From Longimicrobiales bacterium (lineage in GTDB: Bacteria > Gemmatimonadota > Gemmatimonadetes > Longimicrobiales > Gaopeijiaceae): DNA of 64,000 bases. The translations under genes were made by a program, and so were the position numbers. Below, in pieces: positions 19,658 through 31,700 of the stretch; within the stretch, counting starts at the first letter, position 1, and each line of letters starts with the position of its first letter. The DNA is taken from the NCBI GenBank assembly GCA_965248195.1, contig CBDFIQ010000001.1:640001-704000 (forward strand), written 5' to 3'. The notes below the pieces were generated by a model. It did not search any database and had not been told where the DNA came from. It saw nothing but the letters and a program-made list of their open reading frames with translations.

Positions 19658-22561
19658 TCAGTCGGGTTCCTCAGCATAAGCTTCAACCGGGGGACACGCA
19701 CACACCAGGTTGCGGTCTCCATGGGCGTTATCCACCCTCCGGACCGGCGGCCAGAACTTGTGTTCTCGTGTCCAGGGAGCCGGGTATGCCGCCTGCTCGC
19801 GCGAGTAGCCATGCTCCCACTCCTCGGCCATGAGCACGGCGGCCGTATGAGGAGCATTCTTGAGCGCATTGTCGTCCGGGTCGGCCTCGCCCGACACGAT
19901 GGCCTCGATCTCGTCCCGAATCTTCAACAGAGCGTCACAGAACCGGTCCAACTCGTATTTGGATTCGCTCTCCGTGGGCTCCACCATGACGGTTCCCACC
20001 ACCGGGAAGGACATGGTCGGCGCATGGAATCCATAGTCCATCAACCGTTTGGCGACATCCTCATCCGTGATTCCGCTCGTCTTCCTCAGCGGACGAAGGT
20101 CCAGAATGAACTCGTGCGCCACGCGGCCGTTCTCTCCCCGATACAGGACGTCGAACCGTTCGCCGAGCCGGGTCGCCATGTAGTTGGCGTTGAGGATCGC
20201 CGTTTCCGTGGCTCTTCGGACACCGTCTTTTCCGAGAAGCGCGATGTACGCCCAGGAGATCAAGAGAATACTGCTACTCCCCCACGGGGCCGCAGACACG
20301 GCCCGGATAGCCTGCTCCCCGCTGGCGTCCCCGCCCGGATGCCCGGGAAGGAAAGGCGCCAACTCCGACGTGACACAGATCGGGCCCATCCCGGGCCCAC
20401 CCCCACCATGCGGGATCGCAAAAGTCTTGTGGAGATTGATGTGACAGACGTCGGCACCGTAATCACCCGGCCGGCACAGCCCCACCTGGGCATTCAGGTT
20501 CGCACCGTCCAGATAGACGCGTCCCCCGTGGCCGTGAACGATGTCGCAGATCTCCCGGATGCGTGGCTCGAACACCCCGTGGGTCGACGGATACGTGACC
20601 ATGAAGGCCGCAAGCTCGGAAGCATGCGCCTCGGCTTTTGCGGCGAGGTCGTCCACGTCGATGTTACCGGAATCGTCACAATCCACGACCACGACGCTCA
20701 TGCCAGCCATCACCGCGCTGGCCGGATTGGTTCCGTGCGCGGAGGACGGGATCAGGCAAACGGTCCGTTGAGACTCACCCTGGCTCTCGTGGAGCGCCCG
20801 GATCACCCGCAACCCGGCGTACTCACCCTGGGCCCCCGAGTTAGGCTGGAGGGACGTCGCCTCGAACCCGCTGATCTCCGCCAACCAGCCCTCCAGATCC
20901 GAGAAGATCCGGCGATATCCTTCGGTTTGGTCAGGCGGTGCAAACGGGTGGAGTCCTGCGAAAACCCTCCATGTCAGGGGTACCAACTCGGTGGTCGCGT
21001 TGAGCTTCATCGTACAGGATCCGAGAGGGATCATGCTCGTTTTGAGCGAAAGATCCCGACTCTCCAAGCGGTGCAGATACCGGAGCATCTCGGTCTCGGA
21101 GCCATACCGGTGGAAGACCGGGTGCTCGAGTATCGGGGACCTGCGTTTCAGAACCTCGGGGATGGCAGACGAAGCTTCCTCGGACACTTTTTCGCTGCGG
21201 AGCTTCGCCCCTCCTCCGCGCGGGCCGCCATGGCTGAACATCGCGAAGAGATCGTCGATGTCCTTCGGACCGGTCGTCTCGTCGAGCGCGATGCCGACCG
21301 TCCCGTCCCCGTAGTCACGAAGATTGATTTGCATTTCCAACGCCCGCCGCAGAAGGGTTTCTCCCGAGATCTCCGAAGGCACCACCTGGATGGTATCGAA
21401 GAAACGATCGTGGACGAGCGTATGACCGAGTTGGCGGAGGCCATGCGCCAGGGTCGCGGCCAAGTGATGGATCCTGTTCGCGATGCCCCGCAAACCGTCG
21501 GGCCCATGGTACACGGCATACATGCCCGCCATGATTGCCAAAAGCACCTGAGCCGTGCAAATGTTGGAGGTGGCCTTTTCCCTTCGGATGTGCTGCTCAC
21601 GAGTCTGGAGCGCCATCCGGAGCGCCGGATCTCCATCCGCGTCGACGGACACGCCGATGATCCGACCCGGCAGCTTGCGCTTGAACCCCTCCTTGGCGGC
21701 CAAATAGGCGGCGTGGGGGCCGCCATACCCCATGGGAACGCCGAATCGCTGGGTGTTCCCAACCGCAATATCGGCGCCGAACTCCCCAGGAGGCGTGAGG
21801 AGGGTCAGCGCCATCAAATCCGCGGCCACCACCACCCCCGCACCCCATTCATGAAACGTCGCACAGAACGGGCTGTAGTCGTGAAGCGCGCCGTCGCTCG
21901 CCGGATACTGGACCAGACCTCCGAACATCTCACCCCCGAAGGTCTTGAGATCAACGTTGTCGTGGACGCCGACCATGACCTCGATACCCAATGGCTCCGC
22001 CCTGCCGCGAACCACCTCGATCGTCTGCGGATGACACACCTCCGACACGAAGAATATCTTGCGCGCCTCATCCTTTGCTTCGGCGAAGAGCATGGTCATC
22101 GCTTCGGCGGCCGCCGTGGCCTCGTCCAGTAGCGAGGCGTTGGCGATCTCCATCCCCGTGAGGTCGATCACCATCGTCTGGAAGTTCAGGAGTGCCTCGA
22201 GTCGTCCCTGTGAGATCTCGGCCTGGTAGGGCGTGTACTGAGTATACCAGCCCGGATTTTCCAGGATGTTCCTCAGGATGACGCCGGGAACGATCGTATC
22301 GTGGTACCCCATCCCGATATACGACCGAAACACCCTATTCAGCGCGCCGATCTCATGGAGTTTGCCGAGCAGTTCGTGCTCGGAAGACGCATCTGGAAGG
22401 TCCAGGTCGGTCTTGAGCCGGATGGACTCGGGGATGGTCTGATCGACGAGCTCGCCGAGGCTGTCGACGCCCAAAGAAGCCAACATCTGCTCGACATCCT
22501 GGGGCCGCGGCCCAATGTGCCGGCGGGTGAACCGACTCCCCGACTCTATTTCAAGGGACAT
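19658..22561 (-). CDS. gcvP: Glycine dehydrogenase (glycine cleavage P protein)
   Basis: [39 protein letters not shown]. Confidence 0.97.
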   Translation of the reverse strand: MSLEIESGSRFTRRHIGPRPQDVEQMLASLGVDSLGELVDQTIPESIRLKTDLDLPDASSEHELLGKLHEIGALNRVFRSYIGMGYHDTIVPGVILRNILENPGWYTQYTPYQAEISQGRLEALLNFQTMVIDLTGMEIANASLLDEATAAAEAMTMLFAEAKDEARKIFFVSEVCHPQTIEVVRGRAEPLGIEVMVGVHDNVDLKTFGGEMFGGLVQYPASDGALHDYSPFCATFHEWGAGVVVAADLMALTLLTPPGEFGADIAVGNTQRFGVPMGYGGPHAAYLAAKEGFKRKLPGRIIGVSVDADGDPALRMALQTREQHIRREKATSNICTAQVLLAIMAGMYAVYHGPDGLRGIANRIHHLAATLAHGLRQLGHTLVHDRFFDTIQVVPSEISGETLLRRALEMQINLRDYGDGTVGIALDETTGPKDIDDLFAMFSHGGPRGGGAKLRSEKVSEEASSAIPEVLKRRSPILEHPVFHRYGSETEMLRYLHRLESRDLSLKTSMIPLGSCTMKLNATTELVPLTWRVFAGLHPFAPPDQTEGYRRIFSDLEGWLAEISGFEATSLQPNSGAQGEYAGLRVIRALHESQGESQRTVCLIPSSAHGTNPASAVMAGMSVVVVDCDDSGNIDVDDLAAKAEAHASELAAFMVTYPSTHGVFEPRIREICDIVHGHGGRVYLDGANLNAQVGLCRPGDYGADVCHINLHKTFAIPHGGGGPGMGPICVTSELAPFLPGHPGGDASGEQAIRAVSAAPWGSSSILLISWAYIALLGKDGVRRATETAILNANYMATRLGERFDVLYRGENGRVAHEFILDLRPLRKTSGITDEDVAKRLMDYGFHAPTMSFPVVGTVMVEPTESESKYELDRFCDALLKIRDEIEAIVSGEADPDDNALKNAPHTAAVLMAEEWEHGYSREQAAYPAPWTREHKFWPPVRRVDNAHGDRNLVCACPPVEAYAEEPD

Positions 22562-22571
22562 TCGTGATCGG

Positions 22572-22961
22572 CTACTCGCCCACCAAGGCCTGATAGGCCG
22601 CGGCGTCCATAAGCGCATCGACCGCGCCCCGATCACCGACGCGCAACCGAATCATCCAACCAGCACCGTAGGGATCGCTGTTTACGGACGACGGCTCATT
22701 CTCCAACGACTCGTTCACCGCAACGATCTCGCCGGCGACCGGACAGTACAGATCACTCACCGCCTTTACGGCCTCGATCGTCCCAAAGGTGGCGCTTTTC
22801 TCGAAGCTCTCCCCGACCGCGGGTAACTCGATGTAGACGACGTCCCCCAACTCCCCCTGGGCATAGTCCGTAATCCCAACCTGATATACGCCGCTCTCAT
22901 CGGTCGCCATCAAATACTCGTGCTCCTCGGTATATCGCAGTCCATCGGGAAACTTGGACAT
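22572..22961 (-). CDS. gcvH: Glycine cleavage system H protein
   Basis: [15 protein letters not shown], lipoyl-Lys motif [17 protein letters not shown]. Confidence 0.96.
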   Translation of the reverse strand: MSKFPDGLRYTEEHEYLMATDESGVYQVGITDYAQGELGDVVYIELPAVGESFEKSATFGTIEAVKAVSDLYCPVAGEIVAVNESLENEPSSVNSDPYGAGWMIRLRVGDRGAVDALMDAAAYQALVGE

Positions 22962-23111
22962 CACTTCTCCAGGCTAAAGCGTCTTACGGGTGGCGTGAGG
23001 TGGTCACTAACGAGGCGGATTTTTCGTCTTTTCGCGTACAAAGTATTCGGATAACTTTGACAAGACTTTGCGACCATTTCACAACGATCTCGGCGCAAAA
23101 GTATAGAGGAC

Positions 23112-24287
23112 ATGGACACGTTCAAGAAGACCGAATCCGAGATCCGTCCCGCCCTGACATCCCTCTCCGACGAAGAGCAAATGTTTCGGGAGGCGGTACG
23201 GGATTTTTCGACCTCGGAGATCGCTCCGCTCGTATCTCAGATGGATCGATCACAGGAGCTGGAGGCTGGTCTGCTCCCCCAACTCTTCGAGCTGGGTCTC
23301 ATGGGGATCGAAATTCCGGAGGAGTTCGGTGGAGCCGGCTCCAACTTCTTCACATCGGTCCTGGTGGTGGAGGAGATGTCGCGGACCGATCCGGCCGTAG
23401 CCACCGTGGTCGACGTCCAGAACACGCTGGTCATCAACGCACTCAGTCGGTGGGGATCCGACGAGTTAAAGGCTCACTACTTCCCAAAGCTCGCTTCTGA
23501 GTGGGTGGGCGCCTATGCCCTCTCTGAGGCCGGAAGCGGCTCCGATGCTTTTTCGCTGAGTTGTCGAGCCACTCAAGATGGCGACGATTGGGTGCTGGAA
23601 GGGCAGAAACTCTGGATTACGAATGGAGCCGAGGCCTCCACGTTCGTTGTCTTCGCGACGGTGGATCCCGACGCGGGGTATACGGGCATCACCGCCTTCA
23701 TGGTGGATCGTGACAGCGACGGGCTCTCCGTGGGGAAGAAGGAGGACAAGCTCGGAATCCGGGCGTCCTCAACGACGGAGGTGATTCTCGACACGGTGAG
23801 AGTTCCTGGCGGTAGGGTGCTCGGCGAGGTCGGGGAGGGATACAAGGTGGCCATCGAGACCCTGAACGAGGGCCGAATCGGAATCGGTGCTCAAATGGTC
23901 GGCACCGCCCAAGGAGCTCTGGATCACACCTTGCGGTACGTACGGGAACGAGAGCAGTTCGGCCGCCCTATCGGTGAGAATCAGGGCGTACAGTTCCAGT
24001 TGGCGGACGCGGCGACGGAGCTGGAGGCCTCCAGACTTCTGGTCTACAACGCGGCCCGGCTCAAGGATGCCGGAGAGGACTTCCTGGTGCCGGCGGCCAT
24101 GGCCAAGCTACATTCCTCGCGGATGGCACAGAAGGTGACTTCTTTGTGTATCGATCTGTACGGTGGGTACGGATTCACCACGGAATACCCGGTAGAAAAA
24201 TTTTATCGCGATTCCAAGATCGGCACGATTTACGAGGGCACGACCAATATGCAACTCCAAACGATCGCCAGGGTGCTTCTAGGATGA
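23112..24287 (+). CDS. Acyl-CoA dehydrogenase (short/branched-chain type)
   Basis: ALSEAGSGSD, GQKLWITNG, KLGIRASST, IYEGT. Confidence 0.93.
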   Translation: MDTFKKTESEIRPALTSLSDEEQMFREAVRDFSTSEIAPLVSQMDRSQELEAGLLPQLFELGLMGIEIPEEFGGAGSNFFTSVLVVEEMSRTDPAVATVVDVQNTLVINALSRWGSDELKAHYFPKLASEWVGAYALSEAGSGSDAFSLSCRATQDGDDWVLEGQKLWITNGAEASTFVVFATVDPDAGYTGITAFMVDRDSDGLSVGKKEDKLGIRASSTTEVILDTVRVPGGRVLGEVGEGYKVAIETLNEGRIGIGAQMVGTAQGALDHTLRYVREREQFGRPIGENQGVQFQLADAATELEASRLLVYNAARLKDAGEDFLVPAAMAKLHSSRMAQKVTSLCIDLYGGYGFTTEYPVEKFYRDSKIGTIYEGTTNMQLQTIARVLLG

Positions 24288-24478
24288 CTGGTCTCGGGAT
24301 TTGGGAAATCGGGCTGATCCTCCTGATCGTGATGTTTTTCTTCGGGGCGAAGAGGATTCCCGTGATCGGTCGCGGCCTCGGAGAAGGCATTCGGAACTTC
24401 AAGGGGGCACTCGGTCAAGGCGACGAGCCGCCCAGCGACCGCACCCTCGAGGACCCCCCGGGGAAAGACAGTCCTTAG
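24284..24478 (+). CDS. tatA: Twin-arginine translocase TatA/TatE subunit
   Basis: MTGLGIWEIGLILLIVMFFFGAKRIPVIGRGLGEGIRNFK; ATGA overlap with the upstream gene. Confidence 0.88.
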   Translation: MTGLGIWEIGLILLIVMFFFGAKRIPVIGRGLGEGIRNFKGALGQGDEPPSDRTLEDPPGKDSP

Positions 24479-24490
24479 AAGGCCCACCTG

Positions 24491-25270
24491 ATGGAGACGG
24501 CGGCCCTCGACAACGTCGTCATCGTGTTGGACGAGCCCAAGGACGTCGTCAATGTCGCCGGCGTCGTCCGTGTCATGATGAACATGGGTCTGTCCAGGTT
24601 GCGCCTTGTGAACCCGGACGACTTCGACACGTACCGCATCGGCGGGATCGCCCACCGAAGCGAAGATCTGACGCAAACGGCGGAGACGTACGACACCCTC
24701 CAGGACGCACTGTCCGACGTGGTACTCAGTGTCGGAACCAGCGCTCGCCCCCGAACCGCACGGCGCAATTATGGCAGGCCCAGGGAGGTCGCGCCCCAAA
24801 TCGTCGAGAGCACAGCCAGCGGCCTCGTCGCCCTGGTATTCGGTAGGGAAGACCGGGGGCTCACGAACGAGGGGCTCGACCTCTGTCAGACGGTGGCCAT
24901 CGTGCCGACGGCCGCCGAATATCCGAGTCTCAATCTGGCTCAAGCCTGCCTGGTTCTCTGCTACGAGATCTATCTCGTAGCGTCCGAGGAGGCTCCGCTC
25001 CCCACGGGCAAACGGGACCAAGGGCCCGCCACCCGCGGGGACCTCGAGGAAATGTACGCCGCCCTCGACCGGGGGTTGCACCGAATCGATTTTTTCAAAG
25101 GGGACCGGCACCCCGAAAGTGTCATGCGCCTTCTGCGTACGATTCTGTCACGGGCCGAACCGGACCTCCGGGAAGCACGTCTGGTGCGGGCGATGGGGTT
25201 CGAGATGGAGCGCTACTTTGACCGAGATGAGGCGGGAAGCGAACGCCCCACTTCGCCCCCCTCGATATGA
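24491..25270 (+). CDS. SPOUT tRNA methyltransferase, TrmJ/LasT family
   Basis: NVAGVVRVMMNMG, LVFGREDRGLTNE, YPSLNLAQA. Confidence 0.88.
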   Translation: METAALDNVVIVLDEPKDVVNVAGVVRVMMNMGLSRLRLVNPDDFDTYRIGGIAHRSEDLTQTAETYDTLQDALSDVVLSVGTSARPRTARRNYGRPREVAPQIVESTASGLVALVFGREDRGLTNEGLDLCQTVAIVPTAAEYPSLNLAQACLVLCYEIYLVASEEAPLPTGKRDQGPATRGDLEEMYAALDRGLHRIDFFKGDRHPESVMRLLRTILSRAEPDLREARLVRAMGFEMERYFDRDEAGSERPTSPPSI

Positions 25271-25521
25271 ACTTACCCGAGCCGACCGGTACCGCACCGC
25301 TCGCCGAGCGTTATCGCGCTTTGCTCGGCTTGGGTCGCACCTTCCTGGGCAGCTCGAACTCGCGGGACCTTTACCAAACGATCTACATCGAGACCGCCAA
25401 GGTGGTCGACCGTGCGGTGTCCCAGAAGTTCGCGAGCCACCTCCGGCAGGGTCCTACGCGGAAGCGGCCATCTCCACCTCGAACGTCTCCGGATCCACCA
25501 TGGGCTGCCACACTTGGATGA
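25267..25521 (+). pseudogene. Probable truncated N-terminus of a GAF-domain sensor gene
   Basis: ATGA-coupled to trmJ; ERYRALLGLGRTFLGSSNSRDLYQTIYIETAKVVD resembles GAF N-terminal helices, then the frame runs into the actF 3' end. Confidence 0.4.
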
Positions 25522-26749
25522 GCGGAAAAGTGCAAAGGAACCATCGGACGGCGTACAAGAAGATCCCTAGAAACATGAGCGCCACGACCAGCTCCGTAGC
25601 GCCCAACGTCGGAGTGTCGGGGCTACGGATCGACGGCGCCACCATGAGGTGTTTCTCCAGCCACAATCCTGCGAGTAGCACGAGTGCGACGGACCGGAAG
25701 ACCATGGGAGTCATCTTCGCCTTCCGGCCGATCAGGCCCGCAAACGGAATCACGAAGCACATCACGATCAAGAGCGCCGACCACTTGCCCCAGGGCTCTT
25801 CAGCCCGGTGGATGATCCAAGCCTGCTCCCAAGGGAGTTTGCCGTACCAGATCACCAGATATTGGGAGAAGAACAGATAGGTCCAGAACACGCAGAAGGC
25901 GAAGGTGAGTTTGCCGAGATCATGGAGTTGCTGGCGGCCCATCGCCTTGTCCACGACCCCGCCCTCGCCCTTCAGAAAGATCACCGCAACTGCGGTAGCC
26001 GCGATGCCGCCCCAGAAGGCACCCATGAAGAACCAGGGGCCCATCATCGTGGAGAACCAGTGGGGTTCGAGCGACATCACCCAGTCGTACGAGAGCATGC
26101 TCATCACGAGCGCGTATACGATCACGAACGCAGGGGCCATACGCGTCATGCGTCGGTAGGAAACCACCTCCTCCACCTCCTGACCGAGCCATCCCTGGGT
26201 GAGGCGGTCGCGCCATACCTCTCGGCTGGCGTCGGAATCGGCGTGTCCCTCGGTCAAGCCCATATCCGGTCTGAGCGCCAGGTACGCGAAGTAGAGCGAC
26301 ATCCCGAAAAGGACGAGCACCCCGACCACGTTCCTGGTCAACAGGAACTCCATGTTGAGGTAGGCCGCCTTCCTCTGGAGGATCGGGTCCTGCGCCACCT
26401 CCGTGATCCAAGGAAAATAGGACTCGCCGAGCCCCAGCATCGGTAGGAACATCACGAACGAGATCGGAAGGAAGGCCACGAACGCCAGACTCACCCGACG
26501 TACCGACCAGTTCCACTTCGCCTTCGTGATCCACGTCACCACAGTGAGCAGTGTCGCTCCCATGGCGATGGTCGTGAAGAACAGCCAATTCGAGACGTAC
26601 GACTGCCACGCTCGATCGGCGTCGATGGTCAGGGAGAAGACGAAACCCGCTAGGCCCACCACGAACATCCCGACGAACACGCTGTCCGCCTTCTTGGATC
26701 GCACGAGATACCGAATGGGAATCTCGGAGGGGACGTGAATATGACTCAT
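25454..26749 (-). CDS. actF: Alternative complex III subunit ActF (NrfD-like membrane protein)
   Basis: About 10 TM segments; DWVMSLEPHWFSTM, HDLGKL, FSQYLVIWYG; operon position. Confidence 0.82.
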   Translation of the reverse strand: MSHIHVPSEIPIRYLVRSKKADSVFVGMFVVGLAGFVFSLTIDADRAWQSYVSNWLFFTTIAMGATLLTVVTWITKAKWNWSVRRVSLAFVAFLPISFVMFLPMLGLGESYFPWITEVAQDPILQRKAAYLNMEFLLTRNVVGVLVLFGMSLYFAYLALRPDMGLTEGHADSDASREVWRDRLTQGWLGQEVEEVVSYRRMTRMAPAFVIVYALVMSMLSYDWVMSLEPHWFSTMMGPWFFMGAFWGGIAATAVAVIFLKGEGGVVDKAMGRQQLHDLGKLTFAFCVFWTYLFFSQYLVIWYGKLPWEQAWIIHRAEEPWGKWSALLIVMCFVIPFAGLIGRKAKMTPMVFRSVALVLLAGLWLEKHLMVAPSIRSPDTPTLGATELVVALMFLGIFLYAVRWFLCTFPLIQVWQPMVDPETFEVEMAASA

Positions 26750-26753
26750 CGAG

Positions 26754-27383
26754 CTACTCTGCCCCCGCGCCCGCCGGCGCATTGCCGGCCTGGCGCTGCA
26801 ACACGCGGACATAGTTCACGATGTTCCAGCGGTCGAAGTGGCTGATTTGGTGCGCGAACGGAGGCATGAGGCCTCGGCCCACGCGCATGATTCCGTAGAT
26901 ATAGCCGTCGCTGAATCCGGCTACGACCGGACCGGAAAGGTCGTACGCTATCAGCAGCGGATACTTTTCGATGATGTTGGCCTGAGCACCCACGCCCGCA
27001 GGCCCATGACAGACCGCGCAAATCCGGTTGAAGAGAACCTCGCCGCGTTCGAGCGACGCCGGATCGGACGGGACTGGGTTGGGGAGGTTCTGCACCAGAG
27101 GTTCCAACAGGTCGGTTTGCGCAAACAGGGCCGGCATGAGACCCGGCTCTGGCTGCCCCGTGTTCAGGCGGCCCGGTCCCGGAGTGTTGTTACCGGAGGC
27201 GAAGGGCACGCTATTTTCGGGCGGCGCGATCGTATTCTCGTACGGATCGAACGACCTCGAATCACGCATGTGACGGCCGAACCAATACGCGGCCACGTCG
27301 TCGAGGGGCGTACACGCCCCCGATGTGAGGAGTAATGCGCCGACCCACGCCATGCGAGTGTTACGAGCCACCGTGCTACTCAT
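26754..27383 (-). CDS. actE: Alternative complex III subunit ActE (monoheme cytochrome c lipoprotein)
   Basis: Lipobox TSGAC, CAVCH, GRGLMP, RWNIVNYVR; ATG overlaps the actC stop. Confidence 0.82.
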   Translation of the reverse strand: MSSTVARNTRMAWVGALLLTSGACTPLDDVAAYWFGRHMRDSRSFDPYENTIAPPENSVPFASGNNTPGPGRLNTGQPEPGLMPALFAQTDLLEPLVQNLPNPVPSDPASLERGEVLFNRICAVCHGPAGVGAQANIIEKYPLLIAYDLSGPVVAGFSDGYIYGIMRVGRGLMPPFAHQISHFDRWNIVNYVRVLQRQAGNAPAGAGAE

Positions 27384-28771
27384 CGGTCCCCCCCTTGCCC
27401 ACCCGCGCCCGCCATGGCCCTGGGTCGCATCGGCGTCGGCAGCACTTCCTTGAGCTCGGCGATGGCCACCGGAGGAAGCAGCCGCGTGAAGAGCAGGAAC
27501 CAGAACCCGAACCAGGCGAAGCTCCCCAACACAATGCCCATCTCTACGACGGATGGCCGATAGAGTCCCCAGGCGAACGGCTCGTACTCGTGATGCAGCG
27601 AAGTGACGATGATCACGTACCGCTCGAACCACATGCCGATGTTGACGAAAATCGAGATCACGAACAGCGCGGGAATAGAGTACCGAACTCTCTTGAACCA
27701 GAGCATGACGGGAACCATGCCGTTGCAGACGAGCATGGTCCAACTGGCCCACCAGTAGGGGCCGAAGAGGCGCGCCCAGAAGGCGGCTCGCTCCACCTCT
27801 TCACCGCTGTACCACGCCATGAAGAATTCTGAGAGGTAGGCGTAAAAGACGATCAGCGACGTCAGCAGGCACAGCTTCGCCATGGCGTCGTAGTGCTTGT
27901 TCGTGAGGTACGCCTCGAGCCTAAAAGCCTTCCGGAGCGGCACCGTCAGCGTGATCACCATCGCGATGCCCGAGAAGATGGCCCCGGCTACGAAGTAGGG
28001 GGCGAAAATGGTGGCGTGCCAGCCGGGCACGATGGCCACAGCGAAGTCCCAGGACACCACCGAGTGGACCGACAGGACCAGAGGCGTGGCCAACGCAGCC
28101 ATGAAGATGTACGCCTTCCCGAAGTGGTGCCACTCGCGGTCCGTGCCGCGCCAACCCAGCGAGATGACCTTGTACAGCTTTTTCCGCAGGCCCGTCGCCG
28201 CGTCCCGCGCGGCCGCTAAATCCGGAACCGTGCCAAGGTAAAAGAAGACCGCCGAGACCGTGAAATACGTAGTCACCGCAAAGACGTCCCACACCAAGGG
28301 CGAGCGAAAGTTGGGCCACAGGAAGCGGCTGTTCGGATACGGAATCAGCCAATACCCATGCCAGACGCGTCCCATGTGGATGAGCGGGAACAACCCCGCG
28401 GTCATGACCGCGAACACCGTCATCGCCTCGGCCGCACGGTAGATGGACTGGCGCCACGGTGCGCGGAACAGAAAGAGGATCGCAGAGATCAGCGTTCCCG
28501 AGTGTGCGATACCGACCCAGAAAACGAAGCTCGTGATATAGGCGCCCCAGCCCACGGGACTCGTGAGCCCGGAGACGCCGATGCCCTTCCACATCTGAAA
28601 GATCCACGCGCTCAACCCGAGCCCCATCCCGGCGAGGGCCAGCGCTAGGAGCGCCCACCAGCCCCGGCCAGGAGGGCCAAGGGCCTTCAATACGTCGCGG
28701 TTGACCTCTTCGAGCCAATGGACATCCGGGTGCGGGACCGCCCCGCGCTGCACTTCGGTCGCGGTGCTCAT
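27380..28771 (-). CDS. actC: Alternative complex III subunit ActC (NrfD/PsrC family quinol-binding protein)
   Basis: FVFWVGIAHSGTLISAIL, NFRSPLVWD, LSVHSVVSWDF, GMWFER. Confidence 0.9.
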   Translation of the reverse strand: MSTATEVQRGAVPHPDVHWLEEVNRDVLKALGPPGRGWWALLALALAGMGLGLSAWIFQMWKGIGVSGLTSPVGWGAYITSFVFWVGIAHSGTLISAILFLFRAPWRQSIYRAAEAMTVFAVMTAGLFPLIHMGRVWHGYWLIPYPNSRFLWPNFRSPLVWDVFAVTTYFTVSAVFFYLGTVPDLAAARDAATGLRKKLYKVISLGWRGTDREWHHFGKAYIFMAALATPLVLSVHSVVSWDFAVAIVPGWHATIFAPYFVAGAIFSGIAMVITLTVPLRKAFRLEAYLTNKHYDAMAKLCLLTSLIVFYAYLSEFFMAWYSGEEVERAAFWARLFGPYWWASWTMLVCNGMVPVMLWFKRVRYSIPALFVISIFVNIGMWFERYVIIVTSLHHEYEPFAWGLYRPSVVEMGIVLGSFAWFGFWFLLFTRLLPPVAIAELKEVLPTPMRPRAMAGAGGQGGDR

Positions 28772-31700
28772 CAATGCTCCCCGGAATCCACTTCGTGGAA
28801 CGTCACCTTCTTCAAGTAGCTCACCGCAGGCTGCGTATTCACGAGTTCGTCCAGCACCCGGTACGCCCGCTCATCGAGTGAGGCCTGCGCCACCCGCGAC
28901 CCGGAATCCCGGATGTTGCCGAACACGATCGCTTCGGCCGGGCAACTCTGCTGGCACGCCGGAATGATCTGGCCATCCGCGATCGTACTTCCCTCCACGG
29001 CCGCCCGGTCCTGGTGCTCCCGAATCCGATGGATGCAGAAGGAGCACTTCTCCATGATCCCGTTCTCCCGGACGGTCACGTCGGGATTCAGCTGCCAGTT
29101 GAGCGGCTCCGGAATGTGGCCCAGGCCCTCGCGCACGGGCTCCTCGTCCGTAAAGGTATACCAGTTGTAAACCCGGACCTTGTACGGGCAGTTGTTCGCG
29201 CAATACCGCGTCCCCACACAGCGGTTGTATACCTGCGTGTTGATTCCATCGGGCGTGTGATACGTAGCGAAGACTGGACATACAGGCTCGCAAGGCGCGT
29301 TTCCGCAGTGCTGGCAAATCATGGGTAAGAAACGCACGTCCAACGATCCCGCTTGGTACGCGTCCACCGCCTCGTAGTAGCGCTCCAACCGGATCCACCC
29401 CATATCGCGACCCATCGTGACCTGGCCCTCGCCGACCCAGGGCACATTGTTCTCGGCCTGACAAGCCGTCACGCAGGCACTGCAGCCGGTGCACTTGTCC
29501 AGGTCGATGGCCATCGACCACCGGGGCTCTTCCTCATCCCCATACTCGCCGTGGCGAGAACCCTCGAGCGGGAAGTCCTGGGGACGACCCTCAGTCTCGA
29601 CGGGCACGAAGCCTCCGACCCCCTGAAGCTCCTGTAGTGGACCGTGGCTCTCCTCCTCGGCCCCGGCACCGAGGCTCGTGAGCGCGACGGCCGGCGTAAT
29701 GGGCCGATTGCTCTGCGAGTCCGACCCGGCGATCGACGCGAGTGGCCGGCGGCGGCCAGTCGGCGCCACATCCACCTTGGTCACGAAGTGCACCAACCCA
29801 CCCGAGAGGGATTCGGCTTCGCTCGGGAGAAGGTCCAGAGCGTTGACGCCATTTCCGTTGGCGAAGCGTCCGGCGCTCGTGTGTCCACCACCCATAGGCA
29901 CCGCGATCACGTCTTCACGGATCCCGGGATATGTCCAGAGGGGCGCCTCGATCGACCCGTGTTCGGTCGACAACACGACCACATCTCCCGCCCGAAGGCC
30001 GAGGGCCTCCGCGCGGTTCGGATGCATCTCGACCCACGAATGCCAAGCGATCTTGCTCACCGGATCGGGCAACTCCTGCAGCCACGGCCGATTGGCATTC
30101 AGGGCGCCGTCGCCATACCGAGCGGAGGGGTAGACCATCAGATGCAAATCCCCCGTACCCTCGAAGGCCGGCGGATCGAACACGAGACCGCGATCGGGCT
30201 GACGAAGTGTCTCTGACGCACCGGACGGGGTGGTCCCGACCTGCGCGACTCCCGTTCTGAGCGACTCGTGCCAGAAGGCATCGGCGTCGGCCGCCCCAGC
30301 CATCGTTGCAAGGTCGGCCCAGCGGACGCGCAAGTGATCGAAGAACGTCACCGACCCGAGGTCCTGTCCCATTCGAGTGGCCACTGAGAGAAGGACGTCT
30401 CCGGCCTGCTTCGAATCGAAGTGGGGAACCGGGCGCATGGCAGGCTGCCGTACCGTCCACTGGCCAGGGCGGGACGAGGTGTCGCCCCAAGACTCGAGGA
30501 AGTGCCGATCCGGAAGGATCAGATCCGCCTCCGCGGCCGTCTCGTCCATCGCCGAGGCAAACGACACCTTGAAGGGAACGCTGGCGAATGCCTCCCGGAA
30601 ACCGGACGACGCGGGAAGAGCATAGGCGGGATTGCTCGCGTGCACGAGCGCGGCACCCACCTGACCCGCACGCATCGCCTCGATGGCCTGCCGCATCGGA
30701 GCGAAGCCGGCTGACGGGGCATCGAGCTGAGGAGCGTCGTAATGGACCGTGCGCCCGACATTTCCAGCAACGGCATTCAAAATCGCTATCGCGACGTTGG
30801 CCGCTGTGGCACCCCGGTGCAGCCCGGCGGTGCCCGGACCTAGTGCCAGGCTCGGGCCGGCCGCGAACCGCTCCGCGAGTTCGCGGATACTCTCAGCCTC
30901 GACCCCCGCCGTACTTGCAACGTTTTCGGGAGTATAGGCGGCTACGATGTTGCGGTAGGGCCCCGCGCTCGCTCCGCCACCGGCCACGACATTCGCCATC
31001 GCGAGCGCCACCAGGGCCTCGCTCCCCGGCTGGATCGGTAGCCAATCGTCGGCGTTCTGCCCGGTCAGCGAGAGACGGGATCCCACGAACGCAAATCGCC
31101 CCTTGGCGCCGTCCTCGTCCACCCCACTCATGCGCGAAAATCCCCGTCCGTCTCGAACCGGCGAAAGCCAACTCTCCAGGAAGTCCGCACCGAAAGAAAC
31201 CAGGAAGCGGGCCTCCTCGAGATCATACCAGGGAACGACATCTCTTCCGAAGGCGATCCGACTCGCCTCGCGGAGTGGTGCCTCGGCCAGGGGGTCGTAC
31301 CGGATCACCCGCCCGCCAGTCGCCCCAGCGAAGTCAGAAATAAGCCCCGCCAGGGAAGGACCGGCGATTCCCGTAAACAGGTAGTACTCGCCCGCAGACC
31401 CCAGGCGATCCGCAACCATCTGCTCCGCGTCGTCCCATGAAATCGACTGGAGCTCCCCACCCTGCCGGAGCATTGGACCCGTAAAACGGTCCGGGTTATA
31501 GAGCGCCTGGAGACTCGAGTGGCCACGCGAGCAAAGCGCTCCTCTCGACACGGGATGTTCGGGGTTCCCCTCGACCTTCACGACACGCCCTTCCCTCGTG
31601 CGTACCCACATGCCGCATCCGGCCTCGCACTCTCCACATACCGTCGTGTACCACGTAGCCACGCCCGGGGTGATGTCCTCCGGAGGCACCACGTAGGGCA

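Noticed and set aside
19643..22132. 829-aa + strand ORF
   Set aside because: Antisense shadow of gcvP, expected from GC-rich codon bias; no motifs. The same applies to other long antisense ORFs such as 7107-8213 and 61597-62769.
22962..23111. Glycine riboswitch or sigma-70 promoter upstream of gcvH / acyl-CoA dehydrogenase
   Set aside because: No riboswitch consensus recognised; TTGACA at 23057 lacks a convincing -10 at 16-18 bp.
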